From IMG/VR virus record IMGVR_UViG_3300000101_000005: a stretch of DNA of 64,000 bases. One strand, written 5' to 3'. The position numbers and the translations under genes are program-made. Of the stretch, positions 28,307 to 38,211 are shown one piece after another. This DNA comes from a virus (lineage: Duplodnaviria; Caudoviricetes). Each line of letters begins with the position of its first letter. The stretch's first letter is position 1. The notes under the pieces are model-generated. The model saw only the letters and a list, made by a program, of their open reading frames with translations, had not been told where the DNA came from and searched no databases.

Positions 28307-29212
28307 ATGCGGGTGGCTGAATTTGACGTATTCTTTTTATCTTATGATGAACCTTTTGCTGATTTGCATTATGCAGATCTATGCAATAAGTTACCATGGG
28401 CTAAACGTGTACACGGTGTAAAAGGAAGTGATCATGCACATAAAGCATGTGCAGAACAATCTGAAACTGATTGGTTGCTTACAGTTGACGCAGACAACAT
28501 AGTATATCCTGAATATTTTAATCTTGACCTAGACATGTCAGAAGAAGAAATTAAAGTATATAGTTGGTGTGGTAAGAATACTGTTAACGGATTACGTTAT
28601 GGAAACGGCGGATTAAAGTTATGGTCTAAGGATCATTTACTTAATATGAAAACGCATGAAAATGCAGATAGCGAAAGAGCGCAAGTTGACTTTTGTTGGG
28701 AAACAGGTTATAGAAACTTTCCAGTAACATATAGCGATACAAAAGTAAATGGCAATCCATACCACGCATGGAGAGCAGGGTTTCGAGAAGGTGTTAAAAT
28801 GACATTATTTGATGGTCTAAAATTACCACCTATGGAAATTAAAGAAAGAATTTGGTGGCATAATATTCATAGACTTAGAATGTGGTCAACAGTTGGATCA
28901 CATGCAGAGAATGGTATAATGTCGATACTAGGGGCAAGGCAAGGAACACACATGACCAACTGCACAGATTGGGATCATATACAAGTTAGAGATTTTGAAA
29001 TGCTAGGCGAAATATGGAAAGAGAAAGCAGAACATCTTTCAAAAGATAGCGAAGCATGTATTGCTGAAATAAAACGTCTAGGAGACGAAATTAAATTAAA
29101 CTTAGGTCTTGATTGGGTTTGGCTAGAACCCGATGCAAGTAGATATACAATGGATCTATATGACGAAGCATTGAACCTAGGTCAAACCTACTATAGTAAA
29201 AAATATGTATGA
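28307..29212 (+). CDS. Glycosyltransferase-like protein (GT-A, DxD)
   Basis: FDVFFLSYDEP...VHGVKGSDHAHKACAE...WLLTVDADN, then YGNGGLKLW and AWRAGFREGVK. Confidence 0.55.
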   Translation: MRVAEFDVFFLSYDEPFADLHYADLCNKLPWAKRVHGVKGSDHAHKACAEQSETDWLLTVDADNIVYPEYFNLDLDMSEEEIKVYSWCGKNTVNGLRYGNGGLKLWSKDHLLNMKTHENADSERAQVDFCWETGYRNFPVTYSDTKVNGNPYHAWRAGFREGVKMTLFDGLKLPPMEIKERIWWHNIHRLRMWSTVGSHAENGIMSILGARQGTHMTNCTDWDHIQVRDFEMLGEIWKEKAEHLSKDSEACIAEIKRLGDEIKLNLGLDWVWLEPDASRYTMDLYDEALNLGQTYYSKKYV

Positions 29213-30842
29213 TATCTTTTTTATTAGTGATTCTAAGGTTAACGTAAGTTCTTGGAATATTTTCAAGGCACGTTTCCCACACGCACAGAAAATAGAAAAC
29301 TGTGAAAGCTATGAAATACTTAATAAAAAGACTCTTACAAAAAACTTTTGGGTAGTATGGGATTGCTTACACTTAACTCAAGACTTTGATTTTACATATA
29401 GACTTACTGAATGGGACAACCAATATATTCATGTATTTAAGAATGGCGAACACTATGATGGTGTATGCTTATTTCCTAAAAACTTAAACGTAACAAACAA
29501 AGAATGGAAGTATAGATTCTTTACAAATAAAAAAGAAATTGATATAGTAGCAAGTCAACCTAAGCCCTACGACATTGTTAAACTAGATAGTTATAACGGA
29601 CTTGTTACAGCACAAGAAATTGCACATTCAGACTTCTTACTATGTATACCTAATGATGTAGTTCCAACTGATATTCCACAATATCAAGTTCCTGCTTGGG
29701 ACAAAGATGTTGTTCATGTTTTTAAAAATAATAAAACTTATGATGGTATTTTTATTTGCCACAAAAATAATAAAATTGCTAAAAGAGAATTCGATTACAG
29801 ATTCTTTACAAATAAAAAAGAAATTGATATAGTAGCTAGTAATCCTAAGAAGTGGGAAGTATTTAATTTAGAAACGTTCGACGATTACAAACAAGCTCTA
29901 GAGAAAGCAACAGGAGATATGTTTTGGGGTGTATATTCTGATTTAAATATTAGTGATAATTTTAAATTTGATTATTATATTCCTAAGTATGATAGTTATC
30001 ATAGAAAACTTACTCACTGTTTTCAAAACAGCTACTGGTATGACGGAGTTACATTGTTTTCAAAAGAGCGTCCTGTAACAGAGCGTGAGTTTAAATCAAG
30101 ATTCTTTACTAATAAAAAAGATATAAAAATAAACAGTAGTGTACCAACGTCATATGATATTGCGTTTATAAGTTATAAAGAAAAAAATGCAGACAAACAC
30201 TTTAATGAACTACAAGACATTATAAGAACACAAGACCCTACTGTAAAATTACGCTGGATACGTGATGTTAAAGGAATACATCAAGCTCATATTGCAGCAG
30301 CAGAATTGTGTGATACAAATATGTTTTGGGTAGTTGACGGCGATGCAAAATTAATTAAACACTTCAAATTTAATTACCGTGTTCCATTTTGGGATCAAGA
30401 TATGGTGCATGTGTGGCGAAGTAAAAATGCAGTAAATGATTTAGAATATGGATATGGTGGTGTAAAATTACTACCAAGAAAAGCAGTTATAGGTATTACA
30501 GATTTTACTACTGATATGACTACTAGCCTATCTCCAAAGTTTAAAGCTATGAACGAAGTAAGTAACATTAGTGTGTTTGATACAGATGAATATAGTACAT
30601 GGAAAAGTGCATTTAGAGAATGTGTTAAACTAGCAAGTAGAGCTATTAATAGACAAGATAACATGGAAACTGATAAACGTTTAGATATTTGGTGTAAAGA
30701 AGCAAAAGGAACTTTTGCAGAGTATGCACTTAACGGAGCAAAAGCAGGTAGAGCTTACGGAGTTGCAAACAGTAACAAGCCAGATAACCTACGTAAAATA
30801 AATGACTTTGATTGGTTAAAGGAACAATTTAATGCACGATAA
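29205..30842 (+). CDS. Glycosyltransferase-like protein made of four tandem related modules
   Basis: Modules end in RFFTNKKEIDIVAS-type repeats. The final module has FWVVDGDA (DxD), YGYGGVKLL and TWKSAFRECVKL, homologous to the preceding gene. Confidence 0.55.
   Translation: MYDIFFISDSKVNVSSWNIFKARFPHAQKIENCESYEILNKKTLTKNFWVVWDCLHLTQDFDFTYRLTEWDNQYIHVFKNGEHYDGVCLFPKNLNVTNKEWKYRFFTNKKEIDIVASQPKPYDIVKLDSYNGLVTAQEIAHSDFLLCIPNDVVPTDIPQYQVPAWDKDVVHVFKNNKTYDGIFICHKNNKIAKREFDYRFFTNKKEIDIVASNPKKWEVFNLETFDDYKQALEKATGDMFWGVYSDLNISDNFKFDYYIPKYDSYHRKLTHCFQNSYWYDGVTLFSKERPVTEREFKSRFFTNKKDIKINSSVPTSYDIAFISYKEKNADKHFNELQDIIRTQDPTVKLRWIRDVKGIHQAHIAAAELCDTNMFWVVDGDAKLIKHFKFNYRVPFWDQDMVHVWRSKNAVNDLEYGYGGVKLLPRKAVIGITDFTTDMTTSLSPKFKAMNEVSNISVFDTDEYSTWKSAFRECVKLASRAINRQDNMETDKRLDIWCKEAKGTFAEYALNGAKAGRAYGVANSNKPDNLRKINDFDWLKEQFNAR
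29514..29836 (+). repeat. 38-bp perfect direct repeat inside a CDS (29514-29551 and 29799-29836), with a partial third copy near 30099-30120
   Basis: AGATTCTTTACAAATAAAAAAGAAATTGATATAGTAGC occurs twice, read directly from the sequence. Confidence 0.9.
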
Positions 30843-32199
30843 GGAAAGAATAGAAAAATTCATACCTATCATGGACGAACTAAGTCCTACATTCTGTTTG
30901 GCCAAATGGCATCATACAACACTATACTTAGGTACAGGAGAAACACACAGTTGTTATCACCCTGCTCCGCATAAAATACCATTGCATGAAATTGAAGCAG
31001 ACCCAAGTGCATTGCATAACACACAACAGAAAAAAGCAGAACGTCAAATGATGATAGACGGCAAGAAGCCTAGCGGTTGCGACTATTGTTGGAATGTCGA
31101 ATGTATGGGTAAAGATTACATTAGTGATCGTAAAGAACGTAATGCAAGTATATACACTCCAGAAAGATTTAACGCAATTAAACAAGAGCCAATGGCAAAT
31201 GTAAATCCGCAATATGTTGAAGTGTCATTTGGTAATGAATGTAACTTTAAGTGCGGATATTGTCACCCTAAACATTCTAGCAGTTATTATAAAGAAATTG
31301 AAAAGGAAGGTCCGTACACTATGGTTAAGAACCATAGGAATGATATTGACTGGTTTAAAATACACAAAGATGAAGAAACAAATCCATATGTTAAAGCATG
31401 GTGGAAGTGGTGGCCTGAGTTGCGTAAAACACTTACAATTTTACGTATTACTGGAGGCGAGCCGTTACTACAGCAAAGCACATGGAGAGTGTTCGACGAA
31501 CTTGAAAAGAATCCTTGCCCTAACTTAGAACTAAACATCAATACTAACTTAGGTGTAAAGCCTATCCTTATTGAACGATTCACTGACAAAGTAAACAATT
31601 TAGTTGAAAAGGGTTGTATCAAAGACTTTAAAATTTTTACTAGTATTGATACATGGGGACCACAAGCAGAGTATATTAGAACAGGATTAGATTTAGAGCT
31701 TTGGCAAAAGAACTTAGACATATACATGACTAAAACTAATATGCCTTTAACATTTATGGTCACGTTTAATATTTTAACTGTAACTAACTTTAGTACACTA
31801 TTGCAGAAGTTCTTAGACTGGCGCATAAAATATAATAGCGATAATCAAACTAAATGGCAGAGAATTAGATTTGATACTCCGTACCTAAAAGAACCTTTAC
31901 AGTATGATATGAATATTTTACCTAAAGATAAATTTATGCCATATATGAAAAAGCACTTGCAATTTATTATTGATAACATGGACGATCAGGATAAGCATAA
32001 ATTTAGCGAGTTAGAATACGAAAAGTTTAGACGTGTAGTAGACTATATGGAAAGAACACAGTACGATGTTAACAGATTGACAGAAGGTCGTAGAGATTTT
32101 TATCAATGGTTTACTGAATATGATAAACGCAGAAATGTTAACTTTACTAATACATTTCCTGATTTAGAGGACTTCTACTATGACTGTCAAGTCATCTAA
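30832..32199 (+). CDS. Radical SAM protein with N-terminal twitch/SPASM-like domain
   Basis: CNFKCGYC motif, ILRITGGEPLL, and N-terminal CLAKW...SCYH...CDYCW. Confidence 0.85.
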   Translation: MHDKERIEKFIPIMDELSPTFCLAKWHHTTLYLGTGETHSCYHPAPHKIPLHEIEADPSALHNTQQKKAERQMMIDGKKPSGCDYCWNVECMGKDYISDRKERNASIYTPERFNAIKQEPMANVNPQYVEVSFGNECNFKCGYCHPKHSSSYYKEIEKEGPYTMVKNHRNDIDWFKIHKDEETNPYVKAWWKWWPELRKTLTILRITGGEPLLQQSTWRVFDELEKNPCPNLELNINTNLGVKPILIERFTDKVNNLVEKGCIKDFKIFTSIDTWGPQAEYIRTGLDLELWQKNLDIYMTKTNMPLTFMVTFNILTVTNFSTLLQKFLDWRIKYNSDNQTKWQRIRFDTPYLKEPLQYDMNILPKDKFMPYMKKHLQFIIDNMDDQDKHKFSELEYEKFRRVVDYMERTQYDVNRLTEGRRDFYQWFTEYDKRRNVNFTNTFPDLEDFYYDCQVI

Positions 32200-33376
32200 A
32201 ACATTTTGTATATTGCCTTGGCTACACATGTATGTGAATCCAGACGGATCGGTATTACCTTGTTGTGTTGGTGAATGGGACAAACCCTTAGGTAATGTAA
32301 GACAGCATACAATTAAAGAAATTTGGAATGACAAACCTTACAAGCAAATACGTAAGAATATGCTTGAAGGTAAGCGTTGCGTAGAATGCCAAGCATGTTA
32401 TAATATAGAAGATGGCGGTGCAGAAAGCTCAAGAACACATGCTAACCGTAATCCATACTTTGGTGATACTACAGGGTTAATAGCACACACAGAAGATGAC
32501 GGAACGCTACCAGTAATGCATCTAAAACACTTTGATGTACGTTGGAGTAATATTTGTAACTTTAAATGTCGTAGTTGTAGTAGCACATACTCTAGCACAT
32601 GGGCGCAAGAAGATAATGCACAGGGTGAAAAGAAACCTATTTTTATTTTAGCAGATGGTAATGACAACGATAAGTTGTATAACCAGTTCCTTCCGCACTT
32701 TAAAGATATTGAAACATTCTACTTTGCAGGCGGCGAGCCTTTACTTACAGACAAACATTACGACATACTAGAACACCTTATTTCAATAGGTAAAACAAAC
32801 GTGAAGTTAGAGTATAATAGTAACTGTAGCGTGTTAAAATACAAGTCTAAGAGCGTCTTAGAGCTATGGAAACACTTCGATACTATACATATAGGCGCAA
32901 GTCTAGATCATTATGGTAGTAGAGCAGAATACATTAGATCAGGTACAGATTGGAATTTAGTTAAAAACAATATACAAAAGATAAAACAAGAATGTCCGCA
33001 CATTAAAATGCAAAGCAATACAGTTGTTAGCATTTTTAACTTATATACATTAACAGACTTTTTTGATTATGTGTTAAAAGAAGGCTTCTTTGATATTGAA
33101 GATTATTTCCCTCAGATGTATAACATACAATATCCAGAGTATTATACAGCATCGGTATTAGATGATTCATTTAAAACAGAAATTATTGAAAAGATACAAA
33201 GTAAGAATTATAATAAGCATATCGATAACATGTTGAAAGGTGTTGTAAGTTATATAAACAGTTCTAAGTTTAATGATAAAACAAGACAACAATTTAAAAA
33301 CCGTACACAACATTATGATATAATTAGGAACGAAAATTTTGCAGAAACATTTCCTGAATTGAAAAGGTTAACTTAA
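32180..33376 (+). CDS. Radical SAM protein with N-terminal twitch/SPASM-like domain
   Basis: CILPWLHMYVNPDGSVLPCC...CVECQAC precedes CNFKCRSC and FAGGEPLL. Confidence 0.85.
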   Translation: MTVKSSKTFCILPWLHMYVNPDGSVLPCCVGEWDKPLGNVRQHTIKEIWNDKPYKQIRKNMLEGKRCVECQACYNIEDGGAESSRTHANRNPYFGDTTGLIAHTEDDGTLPVMHLKHFDVRWSNICNFKCRSCSSTYSSTWAQEDNAQGEKKPIFILADGNDNDKLYNQFLPHFKDIETFYFAGGEPLLTDKHYDILEHLISIGKTNVKLEYNSNCSVLKYKSKSVLELWKHFDTIHIGASLDHYGSRAEYIRSGTDWNLVKNNIQKIKQECPHIKMQSNTVVSIFNLYTLTDFFDYVLKEGFFDIEDYFPQMYNIQYPEYYTASVLDDSFKTEIIEKIQSKNYNKHIDNMLKGVVSYINSSKFNDKTRQQFKNRTQHYDIIRNENFAETFPELKRLT

Positions 33377-34614
33377 TGAACTTTTACTTTGATACTACAG
33401 ACGAATCAACAGAAAATTTAGCTCATCTTTCTACCACAGATCAAACTGATTGGTATCTAACATCTAAAGGAACTGTTGTTAAACAAACTTTACGCAGTAT
33501 GAAAAAGCCTGTGCAAGAATTAGTAAACTGTCAAACTTCGCCTGGCATATATTATATTGATGTTAATGGTGATCCTTGTTGGTGGACAGGACTTAGCTCT
33601 GTACATAACGGACCAACAGATATTATAACTGCATTACCAAAGAATATTGTAAAACTAGTAAAGAAAAAAAGATTAAGACTTGTAATTGGTGCTGACAAAG
33701 AAGGCGGCCCTTTCATACACAGGTCGTTAGGTGACGGTTGGCAGCGTATACATGATGCTGCAATTGAAAGAGGACTACCACCAATGTCTGTTTATATTAT
33801 GCAAGGAAGCCAATTGGTAGAACAGCATTACGAAGATTGGTTAGAAAAAACAGGCAATGCACGTATGTTTGAAGTTGCATATTCAAATCACTTCTTAAAA
33901 ATATTTATGAATCAATCTATGCCTTACAAGCCGTTAATTAAAGCCGCAATGTACAACGAAGATAGTAAAGCATTTAATAGTTTAAATAGGGTGCATAGAC
34001 CGCATAGAGCTGCACACGTAACAGACTTAGGCATTAGTGGACTATTAGACAAAGGTACTGTTACATGTAACGAAGTTAAAGAAGGCGAAGACCTAAATGC
34101 AGAATACTTGATTGGTAAAGAGAATTACGCAAGACACAAAGAGTTTACGCCAAGATTTTTTGATGGAGACTGGAGCGTTACAAACGCTGCTAATAGTTTT
34201 AATGCAGAACTATATGCAAACACGTTACTAACAGTTGTAACTGAAACTATATTCTTTGACGACAGCGTATTTTTAACAGAAAAACTGTTTAAACCTATTA
34301 TGCTTGGACATCCTTTTATTACAATTGCATCAAGAGGAACACTTGCTGGGTTACGTTCATTAGGATTTAAAACAGACTTTAAATTATTTAGTAAGCCCTA
34401 CGACTTAATTGTAGATCCATTAGAACGTTTTAACACTGTACAACAAAATTTAAAAGAGTGGATCAGTCTTGATTTTAAAACTAAGCAAAGACGTTTACTA
34501 CATGCATATCCTGCTGTACAACATAACTTTGAACATGCAAGAACACAAGACTTTTATAAAGATGCAATAACTAATTGTATAAAATCGGCGGAGAAATACT
34601 TTGAAACAGTTTAA
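33376..34614 (+). CDS. Hypothetical protein with GT10/exostosin-like C-terminal glycosyltransferase motif
   Basis: VVTET...FLTEKLFKPIMLGHPFI...LRSLGF resembles the TEK nucleotide-sugar binding motif of GT10-like enzymes. Confidence 0.45.
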   Translation: MNFYFDTTDESTENLAHLSTTDQTDWYLTSKGTVVKQTLRSMKKPVQELVNCQTSPGIYYIDVNGDPCWWTGLSSVHNGPTDIITALPKNIVKLVKKKRLRLVIGADKEGGPFIHRSLGDGWQRIHDAAIERGLPPMSVYIMQGSQLVEQHYEDWLEKTGNARMFEVAYSNHFLKIFMNQSMPYKPLIKAAMYNEDSKAFNSLNRVHRPHRAAHVTDLGISGLLDKGTVTCNEVKEGEDLNAEYLIGKENYARHKEFTPRFFDGDWSVTNAANSFNAELYANTLLTVVTETIFFDDSVFLTEKLFKPIMLGHPFITIASRGTLAGLRSLGFKTDFKLFSKPYDLIVDPLERFNTVQQNLKEWISLDFKTKQRRLLHAYPAVQHNFEHARTQDFYKDAITNCIKSAEKYFETV

Positions 34615-35392
34615 CAAATATAAAAGATGTTTTACATTTGGTTGTAGTTTTACTAGATACAAATGGCCAACCTGGGCTGACATTATCAAACAAGAGATAC
34701 CGGAAACTATAAACTACGGAAAAGCCGGAGCAGGTAATCTTTATATTTCTAATCAATTAGTAGAAGCAAATTTAAGATATAATTTTAACAAAGATGATTT
34801 AGTTATTATTATGTGGAGTTCAGTTACACGTGAAGATAGATATAGGCACAAAAGTTGGATAACATCAGGAAATATTACAACACAAAATAATATCTCTGCT
34901 AAGTTTGTATACAATTGGTTTGATTATAGATTTTATCTAATGAGAGATCTAGGACTTATAGAATTAACAAGGCAGTACATGAAGAACGGCCTTGCTGATT
35001 TTCAAATGTGGAACATGGCATCTTTTGAGATTGACGATATGATCTCAAATAACCTAAGTGATGAAATGAAAGATACTAATTATGATGATATAAAACAGTT
35101 GTATGCTCCAACATTAGCAGCAATAAAACCAGATATACTTAGTACAGTGTTTGACGGTGTATGGCCACAAACACCAATACGTGGAATCAGCGGCAACGGT
35201 CAAACTGCTGATTATCACCCTACTCCTGCTCACCATTTAGAATACATTTCTAAATGCTTACCAAATCATGATATAACAGAAAAGATGAAACAATTTGTTG
35301 AACACACAAATCAAAAAGTATTAAAAGCAAGAAATTTTCATGACTTAGAAAAATGGTGGAACGAACAAGCTAACACACCGGGATGTTTATAA
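34601..35392 (+). CDS. SGNH/GDSL hydrolase-like protein
   Basis: FGCSFT near the N-terminus, NYGKAGAGN, and a C-terminal DYHP (DxxH-like). Confidence 0.5.
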   Translation: MKQFNKYKRCFTFGCSFTRYKWPTWADIIKQEIPETINYGKAGAGNLYISNQLVEANLRYNFNKDDLVIIMWSSVTREDRYRHKSWITSGNITTQNNISAKFVYNWFDYRFYLMRDLGLIELTRQYMKNGLADFQMWNMASFEIDDMISNNLSDEMKDTNYDDIKQLYAPTLAAIKPDILSTVFDGVWPQTPIRGISGNGQTADYHPTPAHHLEYISKCLPNHDITEKMKQFVEHTNQKVLKARNFHDLEKWWNEQANTPGCL

Positions 35393-36537
35393 TGGCCTGT
35401 TTAAACAACGATAATTTACCATATCTTATAACCTACGATGATAATAATCCTCAGAAAGTTACTATAGATACCAATCCTGCTGAACTAGGACGTATCAAAC
35501 TAAAACAAGATTACTATTTCATAATGTTTTCTGATGCAAGAAGTTTTAAATATTTTCCTTTAGATACGATTTTAGATCAAGAAACGATTCTTAAATTACA
35601 ACTTAAACAGATTTCATTAGTACTAGACAACTCGTTAGAGTTCTTTTATGACAGTTTAGATGCCATTTATAATAATATTATACAAAAATATGACATACCA
35701 ACAAGTCAAGTTGTGTTTTTATCTGGTGTACCTACTATGTACGAATACGCATTAAGTTATTGTAAGAAAAATAATGTAGAGCCTATTAAAATTATGTGGT
35801 TTACTTTATTTGAAAATACTGGCAAAGATACAATACTACAGCGTAGAAGTTTACCTACCATGGAAAAGAAACGCAAGTACTCTAAAAAATATCTTAATCT
35901 AAATAGACGCTGGCGTTTGCACAGACCGTTAATGGTCACACTACTTCATGATAGAGGATTACTAGATGATGGATATGTTAGCCTAGGACCGTCAGACGAT
36001 AATTTAGATTGGAAACATGTATGGAACCGATTGGAAACAAACCACGAAACCCATAAAGAGATTTCTCGTGTTTTAAAACGTTCTTCTGACGTACAACAGT
36101 TAACGCCAATGTATCTTGATGAAAAGGATCTTGTTACTAATAGAGCAGAACACCAACTATCAATACATAAGTACTATCAAGAAACATATTTTAGTGTAAT
36201 TAGTGAAACAACATTCTACGAGGACGTTCCGTTCCTAAGTGAAAAGATATTTAAATGTATTGGTATGGGGCATCCGTATGTGTTGATAGGTTCTCCAAAT
36301 ACATTGCAATATCTTAAAAAGTTAGGATACAGATCTTATCATCCTCATATAAATGAAGGATACGATAAGATTGAAGATCACGGAGATCGAGCAATAGCAA
36401 TTGTAGATGAAATTGAAAGATTGTGCAATTTAAAAGGTGCAGAATTTAGAGAATGGCATTCCAAAGTGCGTGAAATTGCACAATATAATTATAGGGTTTT
36501 ACAAGGTAGAAACCACTTAATAAAGCCTATGAATTAG
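35392..36537 (+). CDS. Hypothetical protein with GT10/exostosin-like motif (paralog of 33376-34614)
   Basis: LNLNRRWRLHR...VISETTFYEDVPFLSEKIFKCIGMGHPYV...LKKLGY. The ATG at 35392 overlaps the previous TAA. Confidence 0.45.
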   Translation: MACLNNDNLPYLITYDDNNPQKVTIDTNPAELGRIKLKQDYYFIMFSDARSFKYFPLDTILDQETILKLQLKQISLVLDNSLEFFYDSLDAIYNNIIQKYDIPTSQVVFLSGVPTMYEYALSYCKKNNVEPIKIMWFTLFENTGKDTILQRRSLPTMEKKRKYSKKYLNLNRRWRLHRPLMVTLLHDRGLLDDGYVSLGPSDDNLDWKHVWNRLETNHETHKEISRVLKRSSDVQQLTPMYLDEKDLVTNRAEHQLSIHKYYQETYFSVISETTFYEDVPFLSEKIFKCIGMGHPYVLIGSPNTLQYLKKLGYRSYHPHINEGYDKIEDHGDRAIAIVDEIERLCNLKGAEFREWHSKVREIAQYNYRVLQGRNHLIKPMN

Positions 36538-36543
36538 GTGTCT

Positions 36544-36633
36544 AAAACGCATTTTAAGCGTCATACAGCGTGGTTAACATGTATAAGCATTACTTGTGTA
36601 TCAGTGCAAAAAGCCAGGCTTAAACAGCGTTTT
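36544..36633. other. Intergenic multi-stem inverted-repeat element
   Basis: AAAACGC-AT-TTTAAGC (36544-36559) pairs with GCTTAAA-CA-GCGTTTT (36618-36633). It encloses ATAC/GTAT and GCATT/AGTGC sub-stems. Confidence 0.5.
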
Positions 36634-36645
36634 AAGGTTGAATTG

Positions 36646-36651
36646 TAAATA
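36646..36651 (+). promoter_or_regulatory. T4-like late promoter motif TAAATA
   Basis: GTAAATAG, then an AAAGGA ribosome-binding site and ATG 36680. Confidence 0.5.
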
Positions 36652-36679
36652 GTAATAACTATTCGAAAAGGACAGATTG

Positions 36680-37858
36680 ATGAAAATTGGATTTATTGGA
36701 CTTGGCAAATTGGGTATGCCCTGCGCAGAAGAAATTGCTAAAAAAGGACATGCTGTATTAGGATATGATGTAGATAAATCATTGAATAGCGACTATGTCA
36801 TTGTAGAAGAAACAATCAAAGAGGTAGCAGAAGTAGCAGATATCGTATTTGTTGCAGTACCTACTCCACATGATCCAAACTATGATGGTAAAGCACCAAC
36901 AGCACACTTAGAACCTAAAGACTTCCAATACGATATTGTTATTGACTGTTTAAAAGAAGCAAACAAGTATATGAACAAAAAGCAAATGCTTGTGCTTATT
37001 AGTACAGTTTTACCTGGTACAGTAAGACGTGAGTTTGTACCATTAATAACTAACACACGTTTTGTTTACAATCCTTATTTAATTGCCATGGGTACAGTTG
37101 CTTGGGATATGGTTAATCCTGAAATGGTAATGATTGGTACAGAAGATGGCAGCGAAACAGGCGATGCCAAAGAGCTTAGAGATTTTTACGATACATGTAT
37201 GGAAAATAATCCAAGATATGTAATTGGTACTTGGGACGAATGCGAATGTATCAAAGTATTTTATAATACATTTATTAGTACTAAAATTGGACTTGTAAAC
37301 ATGATACAAGACGTTGCTGAAAAGCAAGGTAACATAAACGTTGATGTAGTTACTACAGCACTTGCAGAAAGCACACAGCGTATTATGGGACCAAGTTATA
37401 TGAAAGCAGGAATGGGAGATGGCGGAAGTTGTCACCCAAGAGATAATATTGCACTTAGGTACATGGCAAAGAAACTAGATCTTGGTTATGATATATTTGA
37501 TGCAGTTATGAATGCTAGAGAAGTTCAAGCACGAAACGTTGCTGTAAAACTTTGTGATATTGCAAAAGAAAAAGAACTTCCTATTCTTATTAATGGCATT
37601 GCTTATAAACCAGGCGTACCTTACATTGATGGAAGTTATGCTTTACTAGTTGCACAGTATTGTACGGAGTATGGTTACACTCCTATGCAAGTTGATCCAT
37701 TAGTATTTGGTGCTGATCCAGGACCTTTCAGAGCGTGTGTCCTTTTAGCTCATCCAGAGCTTTATGTAGAACTATCAGATGATTCAGTTGTAGTTGACCC
37801 GTGGCGTTCTTACACATCGGATAAGCACGAAGTTATTCATTACGGAAATACAAGATAA
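36680..37858 (+). CDS. ugd: UDP-glucose/GDP-mannose dehydrogenase family protein (copy 1)
   Basis: KIGFIGLGKLG Rossmann motif, FVAVPTP, ISTVLPGT, YNPYLIAMG, catalytic GGSCHPRD and GIAYKPG. Confidence 0.85.
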   Translation: MKIGFIGLGKLGMPCAEEIAKKGHAVLGYDVDKSLNSDYVIVEETIKEVAEVADIVFVAVPTPHDPNYDGKAPTAHLEPKDFQYDIVIDCLKEANKYMNKKQMLVLISTVLPGTVRREFVPLITNTRFVYNPYLIAMGTVAWDMVNPEMVMIGTEDGSETGDAKELRDFYDTCMENNPRYVIGTWDECECIKVFYNTFISTKIGLVNMIQDVAEKQGNINVDVVTTALAESTQRIMGPSYMKAGMGDGGSCHPRDNIALRYMAKKLDLGYDIFDAVMNAREVQARNVAVKLCDIAKEKELPILINGIAYKPGVPYIDGSYALLVAQYCTEYGYTPMQVDPLVFGADPGPFRACVLLAHPELYVELSDDSVVVDPWRSYTSDKHEVIHYGNTR

Positions 37859-37889
37859 AAAAAGAGAGTTAGTATTTCTACTAACTCCC
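37857..37889 (-). terminator. Rho-independent terminator at the convergence of the two arms
   Basis: The minus strand reads GAGTTAGTA-GAAA-TACTAACTC followed by TC and a T run (9-bp stem, GNRA loop). Confidence 0.85.
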
Positions 37890-37902
37890 TAAGTGTGAGA
37901 AA

Positions 37903-38211
37903 CTACAATATCTGATCTGTTCGATCTTTTATTTCTTTCTTTAGAAGATCAACATTAATTTTAAAGTCTACTTTCTTAATAGTATCTTTATATTCATTCA
38001 TAGTTTGTAACATTTTTTTTGCTACACTATCAGGATCATCTGCTTCGAGATGTTCTTTAACATCAATCTCCCAAACTCTACCATCACTAAATTCTAAAAT
38101 CATTGCATCTAAATATGCAACAGGCATAGTGTTCATGTAGAGGTCGTCAAAAACCTCTGGCCATTCTTTAACCAGATGCTTTGGTGGTTTAAAGTAATGC
38201 TTACTAGGCAC
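37903..38211 (-). CDS. Hypothetical protein
   Basis: Probable GTG start at 38211 (VPSKHYFKPP...) overlapping the upstream stop. It ends just before the terminator. Confidence 0.55.
   Translation of the reverse strand: MPSKHYFKPPKHLVKEWPEVFDDLYMNTMPVAYLDAMILEFSDGRVWEIDVKEHLEADDPDSVAKKMLQTMNEYKDTIKKVDFKINVDLLKKEIKDRTDQIL

Noticed and set aside
25984-37858. Host capsule/LPS locus (bacterial contamination)
   Set aside because: No wzx/wzy/ABC export genes. The block is continuous with phage tail genes, shares phage late motifs and shows no visible compositional break.
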